Shown here piece by piece: positions 1-8,261 of a stretch of DNA of 48,279 nucleotides; within the stretch, counting starts at the first letter, position 1; every line of letters starts with the position of its first letter. Where the stretch lies: positions 1 to 48,279 of the forward strand of contig CAZRZR010000002.1 of the NCBI GenBank assembly GCA_964604715.1. Reading direction: 5' to 3'. The notes below the pieces were generated by a model. That model saw nothing but the letters and a program-made list of their open reading frames with translations, was not told where the DNA came from and ran no database searches. This DNA is from Candidatus Woesearchaeota archaeon (GTDB lineage Archaea; Nanobdellota; Nanobdellia; Pacearchaeales; GW2011-AR1). A program made the translations under genes and the position numbers.

Positions 1-54
1 TCCCGAAGGAAACTGGTTCTCAAGACCAGCGCAGTACCATTGTGCCATCCGGGC
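1..54 (-). tRNA. tRNA-Ser(UGA), 5' part only (3' part lies beyond the window edge)
   Basis: Reverse complement of 1-54 reads GCCCGGA TG GCAC AATGGTA CTGC G CTGGT CTTGAGA ACCAG TTTCCTTCGGGA. This gives a 7-nt acceptor strand, a short D stem, a 5-bp anticodon stem and the loop C-T-TGA-G-A. It is followed by the start of a long variable arm (TCC-TTCG-GGA hairpin), as in class II Ser tRNAs. Confidence 0.7.
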
Positions 55-102
55 AATGATGTATGATGAAAAAGAAGGCTTTTAAAGATTATCAATTAGA
101 AG

Positions 103-606
103 TCAAACGGTTCCGGCAACAAGCCCGTTAAATCTATACCCAAAATAATCTTCTTTATCCGCTTTTCTTCTTTGTGAAAGAAGATAACGTCTCCACGCTG
201 CTCCCTCGTGGTTAGCTATGCCTAATTCCCAGCAGCAGAAGGTGCCTACATCCTGAAGGCTTGTGCGAGCAGCAGTCCCTATAGGATTTGAACGTTCAAA
301 GGTATAAACTCTCTGATTGAGTAACGAAGGAAATTTACCTCCCCATGTGCAAATATTAAGTATACCTTCAGACATAATGCTAAATCCTGCGCCTTGACTA
401 GGTTCTGGTAGAATCTCTCCTTGAAATGCTGCTAGTTCAACAATTCCGTTAGCGCTTGCCATTTCCTTAGGGTCAAAGTCTGTTCCATCCATGGGAAACA
501 ATGTATAAGGTTTAATGCGCATATCAATTCCTTTTTCTCTAAAGTCCAATATGGGGTGGGCTCGAGCTAGATGAGGTTTTGCTACATATAATTCAGGTTT
601 TGCCAT
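103..606 (-). CDS. hypothetical protein (no family recognised)
   Basis: 167-aa ATG-initiated ORF with ordinary globular composition (MAKPELYVAKPHLARAHPILDF...CCWELGIANHEGAAW). I cannot name a motif. Confidence 0.55.
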   Translation of the reverse strand: MAKPELYVAKPHLARAHPILDFREKGIDMRIKPYTLFPMDGTDFDPKEMASANGIVELAAFQGEILPEPSQGAGFSIMSEGILNICTWGGKFPSLLNQRVYTFERSNPIGTAARTSLQDVGTFCCWELGIANHEGAAWRRYLLSQRRKADKEDYFGYRFNGLVAGTV

Positions 607-637
607 ATTGAATCGTTCAGAAGGCAGTTTTTAAACT

Positions 638-1105
638 TTATGACTTAAGTGCGTTTGGATTTCTGATGTCCACCTGCTTGTTTGTAAGTGCAAAGTGTAT
701 TTCGTTGTTTCTCCAGATTCTAATCGCTTCCTTAGCAAATGCAAGTAAGTTTGGCTCGGCTTCCTCGTACGTCATCCAGCATGCGCTGCCTTCTTCAGTC
801 TCTTTCGGAACGCCCTCGGCGGTTGTATGAAGCAACATGACAATCTTGTGTTGCTGTATTGCTTCGCTCATTAGTTCACAGAAACCATATGGCACAAAAG
901 GATTTGTAACGTCTATGCCTGTCTCTTCCCAGACTTCACGGCGTGCGGCCTCATGACTTAATTCGCCTTGCATGACGCCTCCGCCCGGAATACATAGTGC
1001 GCCAGCGAAATTGCCTGTCTTTAATTTGACTAAAAGAAACTTTCCCTCTTTATTGGTAACGATCGCGTTAGCGTTTAACTTGATAGGTTTGGTTATAGTG
1101 TGCAC
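638..1105 (-). CDS. NUDIX hydrolase
   Basis: Nudix box GGGVMQGELSHEAARREVWEETGI fits GX5EX7REUXEEXGU. The size (155 aa) is typical. Confidence 0.85.
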   Translation of the reverse strand: MHTITKPIKLNANAIVTNKEGKFLLVKLKTGNFAGALCIPGGGVMQGELSHEAARREVWEETGIDVTNPFVPYGFCELMSEAIQQHKIVMLLHTTAEGVPKETEEGSACWMTYEEAEPNLLAFAKEAIRIWRNNEIHFALTNKQVDIRNPNALKS

Positions 1106-1149
1106 GCCCTTTCTAGATTGAGTTACTTTATAACAATTATTGTGGTATG

Positions 1150-1431
1150 TTAATCTTCCTCTGGCTGATTATCATATGGCCATCCTCTTGGAAAGCGAAG
1201 CCCCTTGCTTTCTTCTCCGCCTCTAGAAGCCTCTCCAAAATATCGTGTCGCCATTGGAACCTTATAGTCTCTTTCGGAAGTTTTAGGTTTTCCAACAGGT
1301 TGTCCGATAGAAGGGGATATGCTGTATAATCGTGCAGGAACAGGCAATTCTACGCCGGTTCTAGTGCCCATGGCTGCTTGAATAAGTTGAGAATGAAACT
1401 CTCTTGTTCCTTTATCTGGTTTCTTAACCAT
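1150..1431 (-). CDS. hypothetical small protein
   Basis: 93-aa ORF between the NUDIX and P1 genes. It is Gly/Pro/Arg-rich with no recognisable motif. A 60-aa antisense ORF (1147..1329) is judged to be a shadow. Confidence 0.4.
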   Translation of the reverse strand: MVKKPDKGTREFHSQLIQAAMGTRTGVELPVPARLYSISPSIGQPVGKPKTSERDYKVPMATRYFGEASRGGEESKGLRFPRGWPYDNQPEED

Positions 1432-1503
1432 GATCTCTCTTAGAAATGAGTATTATAAATCTTATTATAGCTGGTTATAGTACACGTGGTACTATAAAGA
1501 CAT

Positions 1504-1542
1504 CTCTTCGGATTACAATAAAAAATAAATTTATCCGAAGAG
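1504..1542 (-). terminator. possible terminator of the rpl1-rpl10-rpl12 operon (hairpin with oligo-T loop)
   Basis: Arms CTCTTCGGAT (1504-1513) and ATCCGAAGAG (1533-1542) are perfectly complementary. On the minus strand the loop right after the P1 stop reads AAATTTATTTTTTATTGTA, an archaeal-style T-tract. Confidence 0.35.
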
Positions 1543-1818
1543 TGATGCGAGACCAGCAGCAGATTCTTCCTGCTTCTTCTCTTCTTTCTTTTCTTCAACT
1601 TTTGCTTCAGAGTGTCCGTGTGAGGCAGGAGCTGCAGCTGCAATTTGTGCATTTGCTAGTTCGTGCGCAATGTCAACGCCATGCAAGCTTGCAATTAACG
1701 TTTTGACTTTAGCCTCATCAACGTGTCCGCCAGCTGCGTGGATAACTTTTTTCAAATTTTCCTCGTTTACTGGTTGTCCGAGCTTATGCAAAAGCAAAGC
1801 GCCGTAGATATATTCCAT
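1531..1818 (-). CDS. rpl12: ribosomal stalk protein P1 (aL12/L12Ae)
   Basis: N-terminus MEYIYGALLLH. There is an Ala-rich hinge and an acidic/Lys tail ending EEKKEEKKQEESAAGLASLFG, the canonical P-stalk C-terminus. The start overlaps the P0 stop by 1 nt (TAATG). Confidence 0.92.
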   Translation of the reverse strand: MEYIYGALLLHKLGQPVNEENLKKVIHAAGGHVDEAKVKTLIASLHGVDIAHELANAQIAAAAPASHGHSEAKVEEKKEEKKQEESAAGLASLFG

Positions 1819-2621
1819 TAGATGCCCTCCTTTGTAGTTGTGTGAGCTTTTTCATAGAGGTGAGCAAGTGCTTTTTCTTCCATCGCTGCCTTTGAGATGA
1901 AATATTTAACAGTCTCTGCTGTTGTATAGTTAAGTTTAACTGCAAATGCTGTTGCCCTTCTTATAAGATCTCTTAGTTCTTCTAGGGTTGCATGCTTGTC
2001 AATTCGTATTCCTACATATACTTTATCGTCATTCGCATCGTACGCAGCAAGCGGAATAAATCCAACACGCATTGGACTGATGCCTAATTTTCCTAGAACG
2101 CTTGCAACATTTTCTTTAACAGGTTCGCCTTTCTTAACTACGACTGCACCTTTGATGATTTCTAGCTTTCCTTCTTTAACAGCCACTTTCAAGCCAACAC
2201 CTGATAATTCAGAGATAGCAGGTCCAGGAACGAGTTCAGTAGGGCCAGGTTGGATTTCAATGTCTTCAGGGGAAATATCGCCTGCTCGTGCTTTACTAGG
2301 AATTTGATTGTCTGTTAAAATTCCAGAAAGCTCAAATGCGTCCCTGTCAGAAAAGAAAAAAGCAATATCTGCTACAAGTTGTTGTTTTAATGTTTCAAGG
2401 GCTTTCTTGCCTGTTGCATCGATTGCACGTATTGCTGCCTTCTTCTTAACCATAGTAACTTCTGAAATGCCTCTAAGGCTCTTCTTAATAGAATGAAATT
2501 GAGAGCTTGGCAAACCTCTGCAAGATGCAATCAAAATAGTACGGTGCTTCTTCATATTGTCTGCAAGTTTCTTTACAAGTGCGACTTTCTCTTTCGGTAT
2601 TGCCTTTTCACGTGACGTCAT
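1818..2621 (-). CDS. rpl10: ribosomal protein uL10 (P0)
   Basis: 267 aa, located between L1 and P1 as in the conserved archaeal L1-L10-L12 operon. The N-terminal uL10-like region reads VKKLADNMKKHRTILIASCRGLPSSQFHSIKKSLRG. ATGA overlap with the L1 stop at 2618-2621. Confidence 0.85.
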   Translation of the reverse strand: MTSREKAIPKEKVALVKKLADNMKKHRTILIASCRGLPSSQFHSIKKSLRGISEVTMVKKKAAIRAIDATGKKALETLKQQLVADIAFFFSDRDAFELSGILTDNQIPSKARAGDISPEDIEIQPGPTELVPGPAISELSGVGLKVAVKEGKLEIIKGAVVVKKGEPVKENVASVLGKLGISPMRVGFIPLAAYDANDDKVYVGIRIDKHATLEELRDLIRRATAFAVKLNYTTAETVKYFISKAAMEEKALAHLYEKAHTTTKEGI

Positions 2622-3235
2622 TTGATCTCCACCACAAGAGGCTTGCTCATTGTGAATTTAATCATAACTTTTCGTACGTTCTCTTTCTTAGCAGGTAATG
2701 TGTTAATAATATCGTTGAAGACAGCGCGTATATTTGCAATAATATGGTCATCACTCATGCTTTCTTTTGCAATGGCTACTTTTATCGCAGGTTCTTTAGC
2801 TCGTATCTTTATAGATTTGGAAATTCTTTCTAACAATGCCTTTATGGCTTCAGGAGTCTCTTGCATAATAACTCCAAGTTGCGGGGATGGCATTTTTCCA
2901 GCAGGTCCAAGAGCTTTACCAAACGTTGTAGCTACGGACGGCATCAGTTTTGCGCTTGCTATAAAGAAGTCATAATCTCGTACCAATAGTTTCAATGCTT
3001 TCTTGTCTTTATACTTGTCAAATTCAGGCTTAGTTACTGTCTTAACAAGATCGCTTTTCTGCTCTAGAAAACCGCAAACTTTCTTTTCACGAATTTTATG
3101 AGGTATGGTGCTGACCAGTGAAATGTTATCTTTTCTCAAGTCAATACCTTTAAGGCTGACTAGCAAGTCAATAGTTTGATCAAACTTTCTTTTCTCGTTC
3201 TTTCGTAGTTCGCTAAGTGCTTCTTTAAGTTCCAT
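2618..3235 (-). CDS. rpl1: ribosomal protein uL1
   Basis: 205 aa. The sequence MELKEALSELRKNEKRKFDQTIDLLVSLKGIDLRKD...FFIASAKLMPSVATTFGKALGPAGKMP is typical uL1, and the operon position fits. Confidence 0.9.
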   Translation of the reverse strand: MELKEALSELRKNEKRKFDQTIDLLVSLKGIDLRKDNISLVSTIPHKIREKKVCGFLEQKSDLVKTVTKPEFDKYKDKKALKLLVRDYDFFIASAKLMPSVATTFGKALGPAGKMPSPQLGVIMQETPEAIKALLERISKSIKIRAKEPAIKVAIAKESMSDDHIIANIRAVFNDIINTLPAKKENVRKVMIKFTMSKPLVVEIK

Positions 3236-3250
3236 TGGTTGTGTCTCCTA

Positions 3251-3286
3251 CGTCAGGACCTTCGCGCCCAGAAGTTGGACGTGACG
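3251..3286 (-). promoter_or_regulatory. GC-rich hairpin in the rpl1 5' leader (candidate L1 autoregulatory site)
   Basis: Outer stem is CGTCA (3251-3255) with TGACG (3282-3286). Inner stem is CTTC (3260-3263) with GAAG (3271-3274), around the loop GCGCCCA. The TATA-like CTTTATAAAC at 3322-3331 implies a leader of about 65 nt, unlike the mostly leaderless genes here. Confidence 0.25.
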
Positions 3287-3339
3287 GTACGTAGTATGCG
3301 ACTAGTTCTGATCTTTTGAGGCTTTATAAACTTTATTGG

Positions 3340-3792
3340 TTAGTTCGCATCCTCGACTTTACCTAAGTACTCTTTAACTCGTTCTATTGTTTGAGGAATA
3401 AGAAAGCCTTCAAGATTCTTTTCGAACAACACACTAAGGGGCTCGAATTCTGAAAGTCTATAGTTATTATTCTTTTTATCGACCAACATTAGATCCCTCA
3501 GCCTCTTTAATTGTCTGCGAATGTTGCTTTCTGCAAGACCTTTTTCTTCAAGCGCATGCTCTTTTCGTAACGCGCTTATTCTATCGATTATATCAAAAGA
3601 CGTTAACTCTTTCTTTTCTTTACGAGATTCGTCAAGTACAAGAAGAACATCTACCATCACGTCTCTAGAATCGCCAGGCTGTAACAAACCAAGGCTCAAA
3701 CATATTTTTTTAACAATCTCGCGTTTAGACGCGTTATAGGGTTTCTCATAACGTCTCAGTGTAATTTCGCTCAAAGGAACATCTCTTGCCAT
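3340..3792 (-). CDS. predicted winged-helix DNA-binding protein
   Basis: 150 aa. The sequence MARDVPLSEITLRRYEKPYN...REIVKKICLSLGLLQPGDSRDVMVDVLLVL...NIRRQLKRLRDLMLVDKK has a helix-turn-helix-like pattern. The family was not identified precisely. Confidence 0.55.
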   Translation of the reverse strand: MARDVPLSEITLRRYEKPYNASKREIVKKICLSLGLLQPGDSRDVMVDVLLVLDESRKEKKELTSFDIIDRISALRKEHALEEKGLAESNIRRQLKRLRDLMLVDKKNNNYRLSEFEPLSVLFEKNLEGFLIPQTIERVKEYLGKVEDAN

Positions 3793-3810
3793 GTATCTAG
3801 AGATATAACA

Positions 3811-3822
3811 ATAATTATAAAC
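3811..3822. promoter_or_regulatory. single central TATA-like box shared by divergent genes 3792(-) and 3843(+)
   Basis: The intergenic spacer is 50 nt. The near-palindromic ATAATTATAAAC lies about 25 nt from each ATG. Confidence 0.4.
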
Positions 3823-3842
3823 TTACTCATATCGCATCTGAA

Positions 3843-4196
3843 ATGGAATTGGTTGCATTAATTGGCACAGACAAGGAAGCATGGGGCCAAGTTACAGGAT
3901 TAATAAATCGTGGAACTTGGGAAAAAGTAATTCTTATCAAGACAAAGGACGGCCGTGAATACGTATCTCCCCAGACTACAGAAGAAATAATAATTGATTC
4001 TTCTCGTCCCTTGCTCGAATTGAAAAAAGAAATTGCAGATAAGCTAAAACCTCATCTTTCAGGGTTCGAAGCAATATTGTCTGTCGCATCAGGCAATGGC
4101 AAGGAGCATATGGCCTTGATTGCTGCACTACTATCTATTCCTGTAGGCATACGATTGGCAGCGTTTACTAAGAACGGTGTTGAGTTTATTAATTAA
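3843..4196 (+). CDS. hypothetical protein
   Basis: 117-aa ORF with ATG about 26 nt downstream of the TATA box. No motif recognised. Its stop overlaps the convergent S2P stop within the palindrome TTAATTAA (4189-4196). Confidence 0.6.
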   Translation: MELVALIGTDKEAWGQVTGLINRGTWEKVILIKTKDGREYVSPQTTEEIIIDSSRPLLELKKEIADKLKPHLSGFEAILSVASGNGKEHMALIAALLSIPVGIRLAAFTKNGVEFIN

Positions 4197-5598
4197 CAAA
4201 CAGCAACAACCAACGAACCATCATTAATCCAAGTAGTATAATAAAGAACCAAGTTGCTATGCTATACGCACGTTTGCCCCACACTTCTTTGCCTGTTATT
4301 CCCCATATAGTAAGATAAAAGAATCTGCCACCGTCAAGCATTCCAAGCGGCAACATATTGAATAATGCAACTAAAATATTAATTATCACTACCCACCACA
4401 ACAGATAATAAACAAACCAAGCAAATTCTCCGCCCCATGTTGGCTCGTAGTAAATAAATGGGTCTTTCACTTTGTAGACTAACATTCTTATTTTTGCCAT
4501 AATTCCTTTCTGGGATGGCGTAACGACTCCTATTCCAAGATAGGGTTTGCCGTCTTTATCTCCCAGTTTAAGATTAGTGTCTACACGAGTTTTATTTTGG
4601 ATAGTTGTAACTATCACGCTTTCGCCTGGCTGATGTTCGAGAATGCGCGATTTTAATTCAGTCAAACTTCTTGTCGGTTCTCCACCTATAGAAACAATAG
4701 GGCTAGTTATTCTATGTTCCAGTGCGGGCGCCCCTTCATAAACGGTAAAGAGTTCGATTTTATTAGTAATGGATGCATTCAGAGAGGCAGGCGCAGCAAA
4801 ATAAACCGAGTTTCCAATGGTTATTTTAGTTAAACTTTCATTTAACATGCTAGGTATGTTTGATACTTCCGTTACAGATACGCCATTAACGCTATCTATT
4901 TGAGAGCTATTGATTACAGATGTACTGTAAGCATTAAAGTTTACTCCAGCAGGTGTAAAGCTTGCTGCAAAGAATCCCCACAAAATAAGTCCGAAGAGTA
5001 TAGTCATCAGCACGTTCGCAAAAGTGCCTGCAGCCAGTATGGCAAGTTGAGGAACTTTTTTCGCTTTGTTCATATCCTTGTCATCTTGTTCAACAAATGC
5101 TCCAAAGAATGGTCCGAAGAATGCAAGTCCTGTTGATTTGATACGTATGTTGTTAAGTCGAGCGAATAGCCCATGTGCAAATTCGTGACTCAATGCAACG
5201 ATGGCAAGAGCTACTAAAAAGTACGTAAAATAGAAAGGAGGGAATAACGAGTCTAATTTGAATATTTGTGGAAAATAAGGAAATAGAGGTAACAATGGAG
5301 GAATTTTAATCGCTTGGGCTAAACCGGGCGAGGTGATATAGGTATATGCTGTTTGTACGAGTAATGCAGTCATTGAAATAAGTAATACGTAACCTGAAGT
5401 TATTACAACGTATTGTAATGGTTTCAAGATACGCGAATATTTCTTTGCCAGCACATTCATATAATGTAAGCCAACTTGGGTATGATAAAGGAAAATCCAT
5501 CCTTGTCTCTTCAAATTCTTCTTTCGCTTTGATAGAAAAAGAATAACGACAACGGTAAACAAAATAAGAAATGCTACATCGTATATGATAAAACTCAT
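4189..5598 (-). CDS. site-2 protease family (M50) membrane metalloprotease with PDZ-like insert
   Basis: HEFAHGLFA (HExxH) sits in a TM helix, and NMLPLGMLDGG matches the NxxPxxxLDG motif near the C-terminus. There are multiple TM segments. The ATG at 5598 is preferred over the GTG at 5604 used by the track. Confidence 0.85.
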   Translation of the reverse strand: MSFIIYDVAFLILFTVVVILFLSKRKKNLKRQGWIFLYHTQVGLHYMNVLAKKYSRILKPLQYVVITSGYVLLISMTALLVQTAYTYITSPGLAQAIKIPPLLPLFPYFPQIFKLDSLFPPFYFTYFLVALAIVALSHEFAHGLFARLNNIRIKSTGLAFFGPFFGAFVEQDDKDMNKAKKVPQLAILAAGTFANVLMTILFGLILWGFFAASFTPAGVNFNAYSTSVINSSQIDSVNGVSVTEVSNIPSMLNESLTKITIGNSVYFAAPASLNASITNKIELFTVYEGAPALEHRITSPIVSIGGEPTRSLTELKSRILEHQPGESVIVTTIQNKTRVDTNLKLGDKDGKPYLGIGVVTPSQKGIMAKIRMLVYKVKDPFIYYEPTWGGEFAWFVYYLLWWVVIINILVALFNMLPLGMLDGGRFFYLTIWGITGKEVWGKRAYSIATWFFIILLGLMMVRWLLLFVN

Positions 5599-5604
5599 GT
5601 TCAC

Positions 5605-5775
5605 CTATTTCTTTTTCGACCTTACTGGTCTGAATGATCTGCTATTGCAACGACGGCAAGAAACTTGTTTCTGGACAACTCTGATTGGATCTGTTCGTAT
5701 GCGTTGACTGCATCGTTTACATACAAATATGTTTTTGAACAGCCTTTTCTGAGCCGCAGGTAGTTTAGCAGCCAT
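5605..5775 (-). CDS. rpl40e: ribosomal protein eL40 (L40e); small ORF absent from the supplied track
   Basis: My translation is MAAKLPAAQKRLFKNIFVCKRCSQRIRTDPIRVVQKQVSCRRCNSRSFRPVRSKKK, 56 aa. It has the CxxC...CxxC zinc ribbon and basic composition of L40e. The ATG overlaps the aIF5A stop by 1 nt (TAATG), and the stop abuts the S2P start. Confidence 0.8.
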   Translation of the reverse strand: MAAKLPAAQKRLFKNIFVCKRCSQRIRTDPIRVVQKQVSCRRCNSRSFRPVRSKKK

Positions 5776-6164
5776 TAAAGCACTCTCCTTATTGCCTTCT
5801 TTCCTTCAACTTCCCAGTACTCTACGTGTTTTTCTGCCTCAATAGTATCTTTAAGCTCTTCTGGGTAAGACAACTCCATTGTTTCAAAGCTCTCAAGATC
5901 CATAACTGTTGCAGTTCCATCGCTGACGCTCATTACTTGGGCCTTTCTCTTATTGATAGTTGGAACTTCAAATCTTTCATGTCCTGGTACGGCAACAACT
6001 TTCTTTTTTCCAGTGAATATTTCAATAGCTTCGATACGACATTTACTCGCGCCATGTTTTCCAGTCTTGCTAATATCGTTGGAGCGCACAGTACAAGCTT
6101 CTCCATCCACCAAAATAGTTACACCTGTACGAGCTTCAGTAGCATTAATTAATTTTAAAGTCAT
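5775..6164 (-). CDS. eif5a: translation initiation factor 5A (aIF5A)
   Basis: Hypusination-loop motif SKTGKHGASKCRIEAI. 129 aa with an OB-fold C-terminal half. Confidence 0.92.
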   Translation of the reverse strand: MTLKLINATEARTGVTILVDGEACTVRSNDISKTGKHGASKCRIEAIEIFTGKKKVVAVPGHERFEVPTINKRKAQVMSVSDGTATVMDLESFETMELSYPEELKDTIEAEKHVEYWEVEGKKAIRRVL

Positions 6165-6185
6165 TCCTCACGTTACCAAGAAACG

Positions 6186-6194
6186 TTTATAAAA
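6186..6194 (+). promoter_or_regulatory. TATA box of FKBP gene (leaderless spacing)
   Basis: TTTATAAAA is centred about 25 nt upstream of the ATG at 6215. Confidence 0.45.
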
Positions 6195-6214
6195 CTTACT
6201 AAACAAACGTCTTG

Positions 6215-6871
6215 ATGAAATTCATAGCAAAAGGAGATTTTGTCGAGCTCGAATTTACTGGCAAGGTCAATGGAAAAGTCTTCGATTCCAACAACGCAGA
6301 GGATCTAAAACAAGTTGATTCGAAGGCAGAACCAAGAAAAACATTCATCATTATTGGAGAAAACATGACTGTCAAGGGCCTGGATGAAGCTCTTGTAGGA
6401 AAAGAGTTAGACAAACAATATGAAATCCATATCTCGCCTAATGAGGGATTTGGTGCACGTAAGCCTTCATTGGTCAGAACCATTCCTCTCAGAGTATTTA
6501 CACAACAAGGAGTAAGTCCTCGACCAGGCATGAGCTTTGCACTAGACAATGCTCTCGTTCAGATAAGGGCAGTCTCAGGAGCTAGAGTAATTGCAGACTT
6601 TAACAACCCTCTTGCTGGAAAAGAATTGGATTACTCATTCAAGATACTAAGAAAAATAGACTCTCCAGAAGAGAAATCAAGAATATTTTTCCAATTATTC
6701 TTACGAAGTGTACCAGAATTTGAAGTTAGTGATAAGGTAGTAGTCAAGGCAGCGAAGCAATTTGAGCCACTTGTCAAGTTATTATCAAAAAAATTCCATG
6801 AACTGGTGGGTAAAGAGCTTTCATTTTCTTTAGTAGAAAAATCAGTCGATAAAGAAAACACTTCAAGTTGA
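6215..6871 (+). CDS. FKBP-type peptidyl-prolyl cis-trans isomerase (SlyD-like, with insert-in-flap domain)
   Basis: GDFVELEFTGKVNGKVFDSN at the N-terminus and DFNNPLAGKELDYSFKIL closing the FKBP fold. The ATG at 6215 is preferred to the TTG at 6212. Confidence 0.85.
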   Translation: MKFIAKGDFVELEFTGKVNGKVFDSNNAEDLKQVDSKAEPRKTFIIIGENMTVKGLDEALVGKELDKQYEIHISPNEGFGARKPSLVRTIPLRVFTQQGVSPRPGMSFALDNALVQIRAVSGARVIADFNNPLAGKELDYSFKILRKIDSPEEKSRIFFQLFLRSVPEFEVSDKVVVKAAKQFEPLVKLLSKKFHELVGKELSFSLVEKSVDKENTSS

Positions 6872-6881
6872 ATACAGCAAT

Positions 6882-6890
6882 CCTTATAAA
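6882..6890 (+). promoter_or_regulatory. TATA box of ftsZ
   Basis: CCTTATAAA is centred about 26 nt upstream of the ATG at 6912. Confidence 0.45.
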
Positions 6891-6911
6891 CGTTTTTTAA
6901 CTCATTAGTGA

Positions 6912-7997
6912 ATGGCTTTATCTATAGAAAAAACGAGGTCTGCTCCACATCCTATCGACAAGGAACTTGAGACGTTATTGCAAAATCAAATTTCTCGTAT
7001 AAAAGTAGTTGGTTGTGGTGGGGGCGGAGGCAATTCTGTTTCGCGTATGAAAGAAATTGGAATTAAAGGATGCGAAGTAATTGCAATTAATACGGATGCG
7101 CAAGACCTTTTATATTGTAATGCAGATCATAAAATCCTGATTGGTCGCGAACTTACACATGGCCTAGGTGCAGGAAGCAACCCTAAGATCGGTGAAGAGG
7201 CTGCACGAGAGTCGGAACAAGAACTTCGTAAGAATCTTGCTAACAGCGATATGGTTTTCATTACATGCGGTCTTGGTGGAGGTACTGGAACAGGAGCCGC
7301 ACCAGTAGTTGCAGAACTGGCAAAGAAACAAGGTGCGTTGACAATAGGGATTGTAACTCTGCCATTTACGGTTGAAGGCCAAAAGCGTATAGAGAACTCT
7401 CAGTATGGTCTAGAACGCATGGCCTCGGTAGCAGACACGCTTATTGTAATTCCGAACGATAAACTTCTTGAGCTTGCACCAGAACTTCCGTTGCACACAG
7501 CCTTCAAAGTAGCAGATGAGATTCTGACTAATTCAGTTAAAGGGATTGCAGAACTTATCACAACCTCTGGATTGGTGAACCTAGACTTTGCAGATATTAA
7601 AGCAGTAATGTCTAACGGCGGCGTTTCACTTATAGGCATAGGAGAATCGGACGCAACGTCTGGTCGTGCACTTGAGGCAGTCGAAAGGGCAATTAATAAT
7701 CCGTTACTTGACGTGAATATAAAAGAGGCAAAGGGTGCACTAATCAATATTATCGGTGGCCCCGATATGACTTTAGAAGAATACAAAATAGTAATGGAAG
7801 AAATAGGCAGTAAAATTGCTCCGGACGCAAAAATAATCTCAGGAGCACAAATCTCTGCAGATATGGAAAAGTCAATAAAAGTCTTGCTGATAGTTACTGG
7901 AGTTCAAAGCTCGCAGATTTTGGGGTCTACGACTCTTGCCAAGAATTCTGACAGCACGTTAGGAAACGAATTAGGCATTGATTTCCTAGATAACTAA
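6912..7997 (+). CDS. ftsZ: cell division GTPase FtsZ
   Basis: Tubulin signature GGGTGTGAAPVVA, plus VVGCGGGGGNSVSRM and NTDAQDL. Confidence 0.95.
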   Translation: MALSIEKTRSAPHPIDKELETLLQNQISRIKVVGCGGGGGNSVSRMKEIGIKGCEVIAINTDAQDLLYCNADHKILIGRELTHGLGAGSNPKIGEEAARESEQELRKNLANSDMVFITCGLGGGTGTGAAPVVAELAKKQGALTIGIVTLPFTVEGQKRIENSQYGLERMASVADTLIVIPNDKLLELAPELPLHTAFKVADEILTNSVKGIAELITTSGLVNLDFADIKAVMSNGGVSLIGIGESDATSGRALEAVERAINNPLLDVNIKEAKGALINIIGGPDMTLEEYKIVMEEIGSKIAPDAKIISGAQISADMEKSIKVLLIVTGVQSSQILGSTTLAKNSDSTLGNELGIDFLDN

Positions 7998-8026
7998 ATT
8001 TAAAAATAGCCTTGCGGTGTATCCCT

Positions 8027-8197
8027 ATGCGAGAAAAAATAAAATCCTTCTTTTTACAGTCGGTTCGTGTATGGAGAGTATTGAGAAAACCGAACATGAT
8101 GGAATATAAAACTGTTGCAAAAGTTTCTGTAATAGGGATTTTACTACTAGGTCTTTTCGGATTTATTATTGCAGCTATAATAAAGGCGATTGCATAA
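8027..8197 (+). CDS. secE: protein translocase subunit SecE / Sec61-gamma
   Basis: MREKIKSFFLQSVRVWRVLRKPNMMEYKTVAKVSVIGILLLGLFGFIIAAIIKAIA is a basic amphipathic N-terminus plus a single C-terminal TM. It sits directly upstream of spt5, the conserved order. The ATG at 8027 lies about 24 nt from an AATTTAAAAATA box. Confidence 0.8.
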   Translation: MREKIKSFFLQSVRVWRVLRKPNMMEYKTVAKVSVIGILLLGLFGFIIAAIIKAIA

Positions 8198-8261
8198 GAT
8201 TTATAAACCTCGTAAAAACTATCTTAGTACTACTTCTTCAATATTAGAGGTAGTGTGTACA

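Noticed and set aside
1147-2975. Antisense ORFs inside or opposite the ribosomal protein genes: 1147..1329, 1440..1652, 1446..1706, 1996..2307, 2308..2496 and 2622..2975.
   Set aside because: They lie opposite strongly recognisable rpl1/rpl10/rpl12 genes, or opposite the 93-aa ORF. They have low-complexity, Ser/Leu/Ile-rich shadow composition and no start context.
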